Shown here: in pieces, positions 15,701-27,829 of the stretch | Layout of the letters: each line of letters starts with the position of its first letter | Position numbering within the stretch: position 1 is the first letter of the stretch | The notes under the pieces: generated by a model | Database searches by the model: none | The model's input: only the letters and a program-made list of their open reading frames with translations | What the model was told of the DNA's origin: nothing | Translations under genes and position numbers: made by a program | Origin: Lama glama | Lineage: Eukaryota | DNA: 64,000 nucleotides | Direction: 5' to 3' | Assembly (NCBI GenBank): GCA_028534125.1 | Contig: CM052824.1 | Coordinates: 61,256,001 to 61,320,000, forward strand

Positions 15701-16159
15701 GGGAATCCGTGTTGGGGCAGGATGGCTGCCTTGAGCCTGCCGCCGCTTCAAACCCTGAGCAGTTGGGACTGCATACTGCTTCACAAGTCCCACCACGAAT
15801 GAGTGTGCCTAAGGGCGTGCGCTTTAGGTGGTAACTGAGGGAAAGTCCAGGCAGTAAGAGTGGGAAGCGGAGTCGGGTGGTTCCATCGCCGGCCAGCTAG
15901 AGCGGGCCCTGGGCAAGTGCCTCAGCTGTACCCTCCTGTCCACATCTACTGGTTATCTGCGTCGTCTCACCTCTGTCCAGGTGTAAGGGTGTAGCCTCGT
16001 TTCTAATTAAGGCCAGTTAGCTGGCTTGTGTTTAATTCATATTCATTCCCAGCCACTTGCCCTGTCCAGGCATGAAACTGCTACAGAGAGGTAAGGCAAC
16101 AGCTCAGTGGGAATGGAGCTAATAAGTACACAGAATACACCACGAAGGTGGTTCAGGGC

Positions 16160-16330
16160 TCTGTACTTTCCACGTGAGTGACCTTTCGTGTAATTTACCT
16201 TAAACAGAAAGGAATTTCAGGGTCTCACTTAATTGAAAAGTCCAGCATGTCTTCAGGCAAGGTTGGGTCCTGGTGCCTAGAACTTGTAGCCAGTAACCTG
16301 CATATCTCGGCTGTGCCTACCTCTGGGCGG
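16160..16330. mobile_element. Old ERVL-type LTR fragment (LTR33-like)
   Basis: ttaaacagaaaggaatttcagggtctcacttaattgaaaagtccag...ttcaggcaaggttgggtcctgg resembles the LTR33 consensus as recalled; subfamily unverified. Confidence 0.45.
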
Positions 16331-17299
16331 CTCCATTCTCAGGCAGGTGTGTGAGTGGTGGTGGGGCTGTCTCCGTCAGCCTGGGCTTCCGTCCAGCCTG
16401 TGAGCAGTCCTGGTGGTGACGGAAGAGACTTCCGTGAATGTTCTGGCCACTGGTGTGTCACGTGCCCGTCTGGCGGGCCAGGCCAAGGTCTCTGCCCCAG
16501 CATCACTGGAGTGCGCGGACGCTGAGCGGGAGGACATCTAGAGGAAAGGGAATAGGGTGCTGGTAGAACAGAGACTGCCCCAGCGTGCACTGAACGCACT
16601 GCGATGTCGCTGTCTGTGGGTTGCAGACTGCTTTCCTTTTGCTTTTCTGTACTGAAATTTTGCATGCTTACTATGTTTATTGTTTTGTTTTCTTTTTTAA
16701 AGTCTGTACCCTATTTTCTTCAATGCAATACACTCTGTGTGCTCTGTCTGTGGAGACTTGGTTTCAGGGGTGCCTGAGACACACTTCATGACCTGTGTGC
16801 ATGCTGTGGACGATATATGTGGGGAAAACTGGGAGAAACTGTCTCACCTGAAGTCACCTGGACAAGCCTGAGGGCACTGCTTTGAGTGAGGCAAGAGAGG
16901 GGTCATTAGGAAGCCCTTTCCTTTTAGTGAACTGAGGAATTGAATCTTGAGTAGAAGTCTCAAGATTATGCCTTTGAAAGCAAGAGAAGAGTTCATTTGT
17001 GACCAGCCAGGCAGAAACTGTTTTATGTAGTTTGTATGACTGTCCACTAACCGTGAAGCGTCCAGTCCGACCAATTAACTGAGTCCATACACAGTTGTCT
17101 TTGAGTTATCCAGGCAATTGTTTTGTACATGGATGAGTGTTAACTTTAGGGTAAACAGCTGAGAGAAACAGAACAAGTCCTGGGTGGTGGTCCTTCTTGG
17201 ATTGTTGCTGCGTTTGTGAGTAGGTGACACCTGGCCTATTCAGCTTCTTGGGCCGGAGCTTGGGCGCAGTGCTGTGCGGGAAGCACTCCCTTCCAGGCT

Positions 17300-19000
17300 G
17301 GTGTGTAGCCTGCTCCTGCTACAGGCACACCAGTGGGGTCTTCTGGGCTCGACAGGCACCTGTGTGGGGTGGAGCTGGGTTGCAGGGACGCCTTAGTCTG
17401 GGGGAATCAGGGAGGCTTTTAAGAGACTAGCTTTCAAGCTAGGCTTGGGAGGGCCTAGGTGAGTTTTTTTGCCAGTGGAGTCTGGGCTGGAAGGTAGCTG
17501 TACGGTGAGGGTGAGAAGGCCATTCGGCTCAGGCCGTGTCAGGGGCCTTAGGAGTCAGGAACTAGAGGGCTGTCTGGGACTGCTCTTTAGAGGACTTTGC
17601 AGCCAGAGAGAGGCATTGACATTTATGTGCTTGGCTCTGGGTGAGTTCTGAAGGGTTGCAGTCAGAACTGTGTGATGAGAAAGTTAATCTGACTTCAGTG
17701 TACAAGGTGGCCGGAATGGGGAGAGGCCAGAGCCTGGAGGCCAGCAGGAAGTCTGTTGTGGTAGCTTGTGGGAAGACGGACGGACCATGCTTCAGGGTGT
17801 GTGTGGTGGGATGGGAAGGAGGGGGAGCGAGAAGCCGAGGTTTAGCAGAGCAGGAATCAGGTCTGGGCCATAATGTGTGCTGGAGGACCCCCCAGGGGTG
17901 CAGTGAGGGACTGAGCCCTCGTCATAGTCTGGTGGGAGAGTGCTCTGAGGAGAATTCAGCCAGGCCAGGGCCATGACCTCTGGTGGGGTCATGTGGGCAA
18001 AGACTGACGAGAGGGAAGGAGTGAGCGTGTGGTGGTCCCTGGGAGCTGGGAGTGAGAGGCCCCAGGCTGAGTGAGGAGGCGGGCATGGTGAGGGAGGTCT
18101 GAGTGGAGATCCTGGCCACCGATGCCAGGCGCTGCAGCAAGGTGGGTTGGGAACACTCGGGCAGAGTGTGGGTGCTCAGAGGTGAGCGGGCTGGGTATGG
18201 CTCTTCCCTTCCTGTCAGATCCGGTCTGTGTCCCCTCCACCCTGGATGCGCTTTCTGCCCTTTTCCATCTCTGTGCTACACACTCTGCGTCATCTGTCTC
18301 CACCATGGCTTGGACCAGTGGCTTTCACACGTAATTTTTCGTAGAACTTTTTTGCTTTTCCATCTTACATTGTGCGAAGTTGTGCTTCTCACACGAGAGT
18401 ACTACTAACGTCAAGTGCTAAGAAGTACTAACGCTAAGCAGGTCTAGTTGGAGCTGCTTTGGGGCCTGTGAGAGTGGGGAGTCCTGTCTTCCACATCCCC
18501 GCCCCGCTTCCTACCTCTGGAGCATAGCTGAGGTGTCCCAGGGTTCCCTGCTCCAGGCCACGTCTCTTCTCTTGAACAATGGCCGCTCCATCACTCCCGG
18601 TCCCCCGCCTTTGGTACTGTCCTGCCTTTCCTGTCTCTCCTACGCTGTCCTGTCTGTCCCATCCGTCCTGTGCTGAACCACCAGAGTGACCTTTCTAACA
18701 GAAGATCTAATCTGCCTTAAGACTTGAGCCTAAAATCTTTCTGAAGTGCTGCTTGACGGCCTGGCCTTGCCTTCCTGGCCCTCCTGTCAGCTGCCAGTCC
18801 CTGCTTTGGCTCCTGATGCAGTGACCCAGTGCTGTCCACCAGACACACCTTGCTGTGCTAGCGTCTGCCCACCTGTCGTTCTTTCTCCCTGGAAGGCACT
18901 CCTGCCCCTCTGCCCAGCATGTGCGAGTCTTTCAGGGGTCTCCATCTCTTTCTCCAGTGTCAGAGGCTCTTCCTCCACTCCCCATTCCTCCCACCCTCTT
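17300..19000. mobile_element. Degraded L2 LINE fragments in UBE2J2 intron 1 (purine-rich block then a pyrimidine-rich block, apparently opposite orientations)
   Basis: L2-like phrases such as ccaccagagtgacctttctaa...gatctaatc and cctggaaggcactcctgcccc; boundaries approximate. Confidence 0.4.
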
Positions 19001-19505
19001 GTGACCAGTGGTAAGCAGGCTCTCACGGGGTAGGGGCTCGTTTCTGTGGCGTGGCACTGCCCAGCCCTGAGCTGGAGGCACGGAGGTGGGGGCATGTTTC
19101 CGTGGGTGCCCCTCCCTGGGCGTGGCGCCGCCCAGCCCTGAGCTGGAGGGACGTCCAGGGTTGCTTGGGTGCATCCCCCTATGACCCTTGGAAATGGACG
19201 TCTTTCTTTCCGTCTAGTTCTTTGTGGGCAGGAGTGAGGCTGCAGGGTTTTCTTACCCTTTGCGTCTGATGGCGTCACGTAGGCGAAGGTAGTAGCAGGA
19301 AAAGGAGAACCTGCCAGGCCTGCCGGTGTCTGAGGGGGTGGGCAAGTCAAGATGGCCCACGGGCCTGGACTCTGGGTGGCTAGGGTGAAGCCAGCAGGAG
19401 TGCTGGGTGCAGACCTTATGGCGGACCCAGGGCGGCTGAGGCTGTGGGTGGCGAAGGCGATCAGGGCCTCTGTTCTTTGTAAACGGCGGTGTTTGCTTTC
19501 CACAG

Positions 19506-22500
19506 ATGAGCAACAACAGCAGTAAGAGAGCTCCAACAACAGCAACCCAGCGACTCAAGCAGGACTATCTTCGAATTAAGAAAGACCCTGTGCCTTACAT
19601 CTGTGCTGAGCCCCTCCCTTCCAACATTCTTGAGTGGTAAGGCGCTGTGTCCGCCCTCAGCTGCACCCCCATCAGCTGGGTTCTCTGGGGTCGGGCTGGG
19701 TGGGCCCATCACAGCGCGGGAAAGGGGCCCCTCACCCTTTTCAGGTATGAGTGGACTCTGAGGCCTGCAGACACTCTGGTCATCATCATAATGCATAGCA
19801 GCCGGGGATGTGGCGGGGCTCTCCTTGACCCCTGCACGCTGGGGCTGGAGGGAGGGTCCTTCCTGCGGGAGCACTGGGCCTGTAGGGTCTGTAGGGGAGG
19901 CTTTGGGCCTGCAGATCTCCCGGCTTTTGGAGGAAAAGCTCCGTGTGTGGATGCTTCTCCTCTGCCCTTTGCTCCTTGGTGCCGTGCGTGTCCTGTCCTC
20001 CCTGGAGAGTTGGTGACAGAGCCTCCAGGGTCCTGATGGCCGCACTGCAGGCCTCATGGGCTTGTGCTTATAGCAGCTCCTTCCTGCGACACTGCCGTGC
20101 TGCCAGGAGTGTTTAGGAGCATTTTCTCTTTGTTTGGAAGGTATTCTATTTTATTTATTTTTAACGATTCATTACTTACTTTTTTTTTTATATTTTGTTT
20201 GTTTTTTGTTTTAGGGGGAGGTAATTAGGTTTCTTTCTTTACACAAAGATGCTGAGGAATTGAACCTTGGACCTGTGCGTGCTAAGCACACGCTTTTAAG
20301 CTGTACCCTCCCCTGAAGGGTTTTATGTCTTAATCTTAACAAGAACTTTTAATTTTTTTTTAATCCAGAGAAAAGAGGTTTAACTGAGTTAAAAGGAAGT
20401 GTTCTCCAGGTTGGAGAGGTGTTCAAGGGTTCTGGGTCTACCCTCCTCAGCTTACAGAGAAAGGCCAGCTCTGAGTGGGATGGAGGGTTCTCAGGGGAGG
20501 CTGGCAGAGCTCTCCCTGCCCCCAGATGACAGAAACCAGGTGTGGTTCCCAGGACATCATTGTCCGATGGAGGACAGTTCTGTGGCAGTTGATACATCCT
20601 TATTGTGTGGGGAACCCCTCCTGCAGCTGAGTTGGGTTCCAGGTTGTATCATGTGCTGGGAGGACCTGCCGCAAAGGTTTATTGCAGTGAGAAGACAGAG
20701 CAGAGCCAGTGAGGGAAAGAGGTGCAGGGTGGGGTCCACTGGAGCTTGTGCGTCCCGTCACCTGTGACAACACGTGTGTGGTGCTGTCTACCAGGAAGCC
20801 CCTCCGACCTGGCAGCAGCGTTTTCGGTTGAGGCCGGGGCACGGGGCACCCCTGCCTGGTGTCTCCTGATATTCCAGACTCCCAGCAGGAAAGCAGGCTT
20901 CCTGTCAGCATTAACCACATTGTTTGCGCCAACAGATTAGGTGCCATCGAGATGGTGTGACTCCCCTGGATTCCAGTTCCCAGCTGCCAGTTGAGGACAG
21001 AGTGAAGGGCCCTGTGTGCAGGCCCTTCTGCTCGGCTATGGTGGTCTGTCCTCTCAGCTGGGAGAAGAGAGTGCTTTTTGGGAAGAGGCCTGGCCTCCCA
21101 GTGTTTCTCACTGTATCGCCGGGCTGCTGGACGCTCTCGGGGCACTGCTCACCAGTCCTTCCCAGTGTCCTCACACTTGGCACAGGAATCGGGAGCAGTA
21201 ACCAATTAAGGACCGTTCCCATGTGTGTTCATTACCCGCTGACGTGGGATGACAGTATTTCTTGAGTGAAATATATCAGCCAGCCGGTAGCAGGGCTGGT
21301 ATGATCCCCGATGTCAGAATATCCTGGTGGGAAGCAGTGTTTGGAGGGACCAGCATGTGTGCAGTTTTGTCTTATCTGGTATTTTTGGTTAGTTCTTTCT
21401 TCTTTGTGCACTTCTGTTTTCTTTGAAAATTTACAAGCTCAAACCTTTCTCGACGTAGAGCTGAAGCCTCCTCTATTTGTGTGGAAGATGGGAGTCCAGG
21501 GTGGCTGCTCCTGGTTGAGGCTTCCTCCGTGTGAGGACTGGTGACAGTCACGGGCTGTCCCGGTCCCTGCTGCCAGAGGACAGCCCCTCTGAGGCTGTCT
21601 GGTTCTTCCAGGACATTGGTGCTGGGGGCACAGCCTCCTCACGGCTATGGCTGTCCCGGTTTAGCTACAGCGTGATACTGGGGCACACTGAAAGATACTG
21701 GTTTTCAAGTACATCTCAAGAATAAATTGTGCAGTTAAAACTTTTTTGATTTTTGGTTAGAGGGGATTAGCTTTTTGCTTACTTTGTTGTGGCTGCAGAG
21801 TATTTTGTGAAGATTTGGAGGACACTGTCTCTGATCCGTTACGGCAGCACGAGGGACTGGAGAGCTTTGGAGCTGCGTAGCCGGGCTGGGTTTGAGCTTC
21901 ACTTCACTGCTGAGCATCGGGTGGGCCCTAGAAACCCTGGCCTTGGGGTGACTCAGATTTTGGAGTCTTCCATCCCTGAAGCCAACTGATTTTCTTTCCT
22001 TCCTCAGGCACTATGTGGTCCGAGGCCCTGAGATGACCCCCTATGAAGGTAAGTCTTTGCCCTGAGTTATGGAACGAGAGGCAGCTTCTGTGCCCCCAGC
22101 AGACCACGCACCTTCTGCTTGTGAACGCCACTCTCTGTGCATGTGTGTCAGTTGTGAACACCACTCTGTCTGTGTGCATGTCAGTGAGACGACTGACTTG
22201 GAGCTCGTTGTAGTTTTCCCCATGTCCTAGAAGTGTTTGCTCAGAGGATGGTTTTGCAACATGTCTTGGTCTTCAGGGATTTTTGTAAGTATGTCCAGTG
22301 TCAGTGGGATCAGAGCTCTGAGAATGGACTGGATAAAAGTAAAATGTGGCTGGTATCCTGCTGTTTTTCAGGCCAGGATGTATGTTGTCAAAGGAACAAA
22401 AGGTCATTTTCTGAGTGCTCACTCTTCTGAGCTGTCTGAGTCAGCCGCGGGCCCCAGTGTGGATAGGGCGCTGGGACATGGGGGCTGCAGGACCTGCTGG

Positions 22501-25500
22501 GTCAGGTGATGCCCCCAGTGTCCTCTGGTCTCTGCACAGTAGACCTTGGAGCTGGCAGTCAGCGAGTCTCCGGGGGCTTGAGGGGAGCCTAGTGCCAGCC
22601 CAGGGTTGGGCCAGGTTGAGCCCAGGGCAGAGCTGTGGCCAGGTGGGCGGTTGTCTGGCCCCTGGCCCCTGACTTCAAGTGGCCAGAGGGGCACACTCTT
22701 GTCTATGCACGTGTAGGGGGTTGCGTACGATGTCACTGGATATGCTGCTGAGGAGGGAGTGTGGGCGCTCTGGACCCTCAGGAGCACCGTGGGCAGTTTG
22801 GCAGACGTGTCACCAGCCTTACGGGACTGGTCTTCTGGCCCAGGAATCCCTGTTCTGGGATGATCTGTCCTAGGGAAACCCGCGTGCAGGAGCGTATCTG
22901 TAGGCTGGGTATGTTACTAGAGTGTTATATTGGGGACCCCCAAATGCCCGACAGCAGGGTGATGAGTTTGGTGATGGCCTTGTGTGGGGTTCCCAGCAGC
23001 AGGGCTGAAGCCAGGCTGCGGACAGCTTGTGCACATCGTGGTGAAGTGCCTAGTGAACACGTGCTGAGTGTTTGCCCAACTTGAATAGGCCTCAGGGAGG
23101 AGCAGGGGTCTCTCTCCCAAGCAGGATTGTGCTAGGTTTTTAAGTTTTTTTGTTCTCTGTGGTTTTAGTATTTTGTCAACAATAGTGAACATTTATGGTG
23201 TAACCAGGCTCCCCACCCCCACCCCCCAAGACCAGCCTGAACTGTTGCTGGTGTATGAGGCTGACGCCTGCACAGGGGTGGATGGAGACGGCGGGGGAGG
23301 AGGTGTGTAGGGGCTGGGACTGCAGGAGACCCTTGACCCCCCCCCCCAGCCCCTCTCATTCTCAGTAAAAGTCCCTGCCTTTCCAGACCCAACATCTTGT
23401 TCTTGTTGCTGCGTGTTTCTCTGCTGTTCCTGGTCCTCAGGCTGTGAAAATTCCAGACCTTGTAAAGAGTCCCTTCAGAGATAGGTTTTCCCACTGCCCC
23501 CTCCCCTCCACGGCCCCTCCCCTCCCCCTCTGCCCCTCCCCTCCTCTGTCCCCTCCCCCCTCCCCTCTACTGCCCCTCTTCCCCTTTTCTCCTCAGCACC
23601 TGTTGTTCTGCCCTCTCTTGCTGCCTGTCCCCTCCTCAGCTCGGCCACATTTTGTTCCCTGCAGCTCCACCCTCTGCTGACTGCCTTCATCAGGGTCTCC
23701 TAGGGACCCTCAAAGTTACCATGTTTGATAGAGGGCCCTCAGGCCTCAGTGTCTGGACCTGTGTGGACTCTGGCCTCCCCTTCATTTGCTCCTCTGACTT
23801 CTGGATGTCCTGGCCTTTCCTTCCCAGTCTCGTGGCTGCCCTCCCACCTCCACGTCTGTCTGGCTCTGTGTTGGTTGCCCAACACAGCCTGTCCTTGCTC
23901 CGGGCTCCAAGCTGGTGCTGCTCCAGACACACGTCTTATGGTTCACATGGGCTTCCCGTTAGGCAATGTAGGTTTTACACCATCCCGTCAAAACCGTAAC
24001 AGTTTTTTGTAGACATGCACAAGCTTATTTTAAAAAGTTGTTCTAAAACTTACATGGAAAAACAAAGGACCTAGAAGAGCTAAAATAATTTTTTAAAATA
24101 ATAAGATGTGAAGAGTCACTCTGCCCGATTTTGAGACTTGCAGTGCAGTTCCGTTGATTGGATGGTATGGTGTCTGAAGGGAGATGTGGGTCCATGGGAC
24201 AGAGCAGAGCCCAGGATCGCCCCTCAGAACTTGGGCCACGGAATTTCTGACTGCGTTGCAAAAGCAGTTCAGTGGAGGAAGTGTGGCATGCTTCTCCCTC
24301 GACCCTCCGAGCCCAGCCTTTCAGGACCGTGGTCTTCTCGGTGGTTCCTGTCCCAGGATCCTGGCTCAGGGCCCCCCCTGCCCCATCACCACCACCACAG
24401 ACACTTGGAAAGAAGCAGGAAGGAGCTGCGGGCCAGAGGTCAAGTGCCCCAGAGGGCAGGCGAGTAGAGCCCTGCCTGGCTTCTTCATGCCCTCAGGATA
24501 CCCCTCCCTGGATCTCTTGTCTGCCCTTCAGAGCAGCACATCTGGGTGTGGGGAGGGTGGCAGGCTTCCCCGGCCGTGTCCCTGCCTGCGGCTCTGCCCC
24601 TTGGTTCGCACCTGCAGGGTCCTGCCTGAGGACAGGCAGGTATGTGCGACCTCACCTGGCATGCTGGTTGCATTTCTCAGGTGGATGACAAGAGGTAGGA
24701 GGGCCGGGTCATTGCGAGTGTCCAGAGGCCTGTTTGCCGGTGGGTCCTCCTGCCCAGGAGGCCAGGTCTGCCTCCCCCCTCCCTCCCCTCCGCAGGAGGG
24801 CGCCCGTCCCCACTGTTGGAGCCATGTCCCAATCAGGCTGAGAAGTGCAGCGGGCTGCTCCCGCTCCTTCCTGGGAAAAGTGCCTGTTTGTGCCTCCTGC
24901 TCGTCTTCCAGTTTGGCTGTTCTCGCTGGCTCTGAGGGTGGGTGTGCTTTGAGTGCCCCTCTAGAGTTTGTCCCTCGGTCGTCGGCTTGTCTTCCTGTCG
25001 AGGTGGCCTTACAGGTGACACTGGCTCTGGTCAGCCCTCCACTACTGGCAGCGCGGGGTGGAAGGGAAAGCCTTGCGGGGGGTGGGGGGTGGAGCACGCC
25101 TCACCACTGGCGTGGCGCCGGAGCAGAGGCCTGTGGTGATTACGGACCTGTGTATCCCCATCCTTGGGGCGGGATGTGCTGGGGGGCCACAGGGAACCCT
25201 GGGGGGGACATGGCAGCGCCCCCCAGCCTCACTGTACGTGCACGCACGCACGTGTGCGTAGGAGCCTGTCAAGTGCACTTCTGCTCATCCAGCCTGGGGT
25301 AGGCCCTAGGGTCTGTGTTTCCCGCAGCCTCTCAGGGCTGCCCTGAGAGCAACCGTGTGAGGCGCTGACTGGGGATGACCAGTGCGACCTCAGGCTGGGT
25401 GGGCAGGGGTGGAAGCTGTGAGGTCACCCGAAGCTCCGGGTGCTGGATTGGCTGGAGGTGGGGCTGATGGGACTGCTGATGGAGGGGTGTGATCTGGGGG

Positions 25501-27829
25501 CAAGGGAGCTTCCCAGATTTTACTCTGAGTAACTACAAGGATGGAGTTGCTGTTGGAGGGAAACAGCATGCATTCCATCTTGGACCTGCTGGGGCAGTGT
25601 CACCTGGATGGTCAGCACACAGGTCTGGCGTTTGAGGAAGGTTCCAGAAGTCCAGGTGCAGGTGCCAGTTAGAGGGTCATTTACGGTACCGAGGGGAGAG
25701 CTGGTGGGGTGGGGGTGCTTGGAGGTGGTTGTGAGCCTGAGACGTGGTCACACAGCCCCGGCGGGGTGTTCGATGGCTGGTAGGTCAGGGATTTCACGTA
25801 AAGCAGAAGGAGCAGTGGGCAGGGTTGGGGGGGTGGTCAGACTCGTCTTTGTGTTTAAGGTGGGAGAGACTGGTGGGCTCACTTGCTTCTGGGTGTCGTT
25901 TGGTGGAGGAGAATCAGGTGGCACGGGAGAGACGGGACCACTCTTGGGGTGGACGTGGGGCCAGTGGAGAGTCTGTGCAGGGTCCGTCCAGATGCTCTTC
26001 TTGGGGAGGGGGTGCTTAAGGGTCAAGGAGGGGTGTGCGGTAGCCATGGAGGGCAAGGGCTCCCCCTTGGTTGGTGGTCACGATCCCCAGTGAGACCTCA
26101 GCAAGATGTGTGTGTTCAGGAAGGTTGGCTGGTGGGCTTGGGGATTGTGAGGCTGGTGGGTGGCAGGGCTGGGAGGCTGAGGGGAGTGCGGGCTGTCACG
26201 CTGCGGACAATAACAAGGCTTCTTGTGTTTTGATACAGGTGGCTATTATCATGGAAAACTAATTTTTCCCAGAGAATTTCCTTTTAAACCTCCTAGTATT
26301 TATATGATAACTCCCAATGGAAGATTTAAGTGCAACACGCGGTAAGGTCTTCCTGCGGTGCTCCTGAAGCGGACTGGGGTCGTGACGAGCGTGCACCACT
26401 TTGACTGGGTCCCTTTCTTTCAGGCTGTGTCTTTCCATCACGGATTTCCACCCGGACACGTGGAACCCAGCCTGGTCTGTCTCCACTATCCTGACGGGGC
26501 TCCTTAGCTTCATGGTGGAGAAGGGCCCCACCCTGGGCAGTATAGAGACGTCGGACTTCATGGTGAGGGTGGAAGCCAGGCTCGTGGAGGGGGGGCCTGG
26601 GCACCCCTGCAGAGACCTCCGCTCCGGGGCCCTTTTCCTCCTCAGCTGTCACGCCCAGTCAGGACGGCTGCTCCTTGGTGCCTGGTTTGTTTTTTTTTTT
26701 TTCTTTTGTTTTATGTGGGAACCAAGCCTAACGTGGTGGTACAGGAAGATAAGCAGCCTGTGAACCTGCAGGTTGGTTTGCTGTGCGGAGCAGGCTCATG
26801 GAGCGCCTCCCAGGGCAGGGCTACAGCAGCCCTCATAGTGAAGCGCTCTGTCTCAGAATGTGGCAGACTTGAAATTCGCCTTCAGGCTGATACTTCCCTT
26901 TTCTTTCTTCCTAGAAAAGACAACTGGCTGCACAAAGTTTAGTGTTTAATTTAAAAGACAAAGTCTTTTGTGAATTATTTCCTGAAGTTGTGGAGGTAAG
27001 AAGGTGAAAGTTGGCAGTTTGGCTTTCCCCATGCCAGGAACACTTCAGTTCAGTTCTTTCCAAAGAGAACGTGTGCTCCCATGTGTCCCTGCGCTGCGGA
27101 CCTAGAGCACGGGGGCGGGGTGCACGCGGGCAGCCGCAGCAGACCTGCCCCCTCCTCAAGGCCCCCTCCTCAAGGCACCTGGCTTAGATGGTGGGTCCAA
27201 GGTGGGGAGAGGTCGGGGGTCGGGGGCTGGGCCTGCGGAGGCTCTGGGTGAGCCGGGAGTGGTGGGAAGGGTCCTGGTGTGCGGGCCAGAATGCCCACTG
27301 GGAACGTGGCTGAGCCGCACAAGGTCGGGGCTGTGGTGTTTCAGCACCGCTGCGCCTGGCTCGGTCCAGGGTCGAGAGGCGCAGGCTCGGTGGTTTGACA
27401 GGTCACTTGGCTCTGCATCTGTAAACAGGACGAGCTGCTGCTGCCGACTTGGCAGGGTCTTTGTGGTTGACTCGAGACCCTTCCTGGTCCTGAAGGAACC
27501 AGTTTGTCTAGACCAACCCTTGTTTCTTGCTGTTTTTCTCTTAGGAAATTAAGCAAAAACAGAAAGCACAAGACGAGCTCAGTAGCAGACCCCAGGCTCT
27601 CCCCTTACCGGACGTGGTTCCTGACGGGGAGACGCACCACGGCCAGAACGGGCTTCCGCTCCTCAACGGGCACGTGCCGGGAGCCGGGCCGCACCTCGCA
27701 GGCCTCCAGCAGGCCAACCGGCACCATGGACTCCTGGGTGGTGCCCTGGCGAACTTGTTTGTTATAGTTGGATTTGCGGCCTTTGCCTACACGGTCAAAT
27801 ACGTGCTGAGAAGCATAGCGCAGGAGTGA
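19506..27829 (+). CDS. UBE2J2: Ubiquitin-conjugating enzyme E2 J2 (tail-anchored ERAD E2), 259 aa
   Basis: Exons 19506-19636, 22008-22048, 26239-26341, 26424-26562, 26915-26995 and 27545-27829 total 780 nt. Protein reads [21 protein letters not shown]...[26 protein letters not shown], with C-terminal [19 protein letters not shown]. Confidence 0.98.
20150..20313 (-). mobile_element. tRNA-derived SINE, camelid vic-1-like
   Basis: Minus strand reads ggggagggtacagct...gtgcttagcacgcacaggtccaaGGTTCAATTCCtcagcatc (Pol III B-box), then aaacctaattacctccccct and an A-rich tail; degenerate gaagg-t-rich flanks. Confidence 0.8.
23495..23600. repeat. C/T-rich low-complexity tract, (CCCCT)n-like
   Basis: Repeated cccctcccctcc; G-runs on the minus strand. 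Confidence 0.8.
23960..24300 (+). mobile_element. L1 ORF2 fragment (old L1M)
   Basis: AT-rich block with degenerate L1 ORF2 text: ttttgtagacatgcacaagct...ctaaaacttacatggaaaaacaaaggacctagaagagctaaaataattttt...actctgcccgatttt...gcaaaagcagttcagtggagg. Confidence 0.8.

Noticed and set aside
20150-20313. tRNA gene
   Set aside because: Degenerate A-box and a SINE body with A-rich tail; no intact cloverleaf
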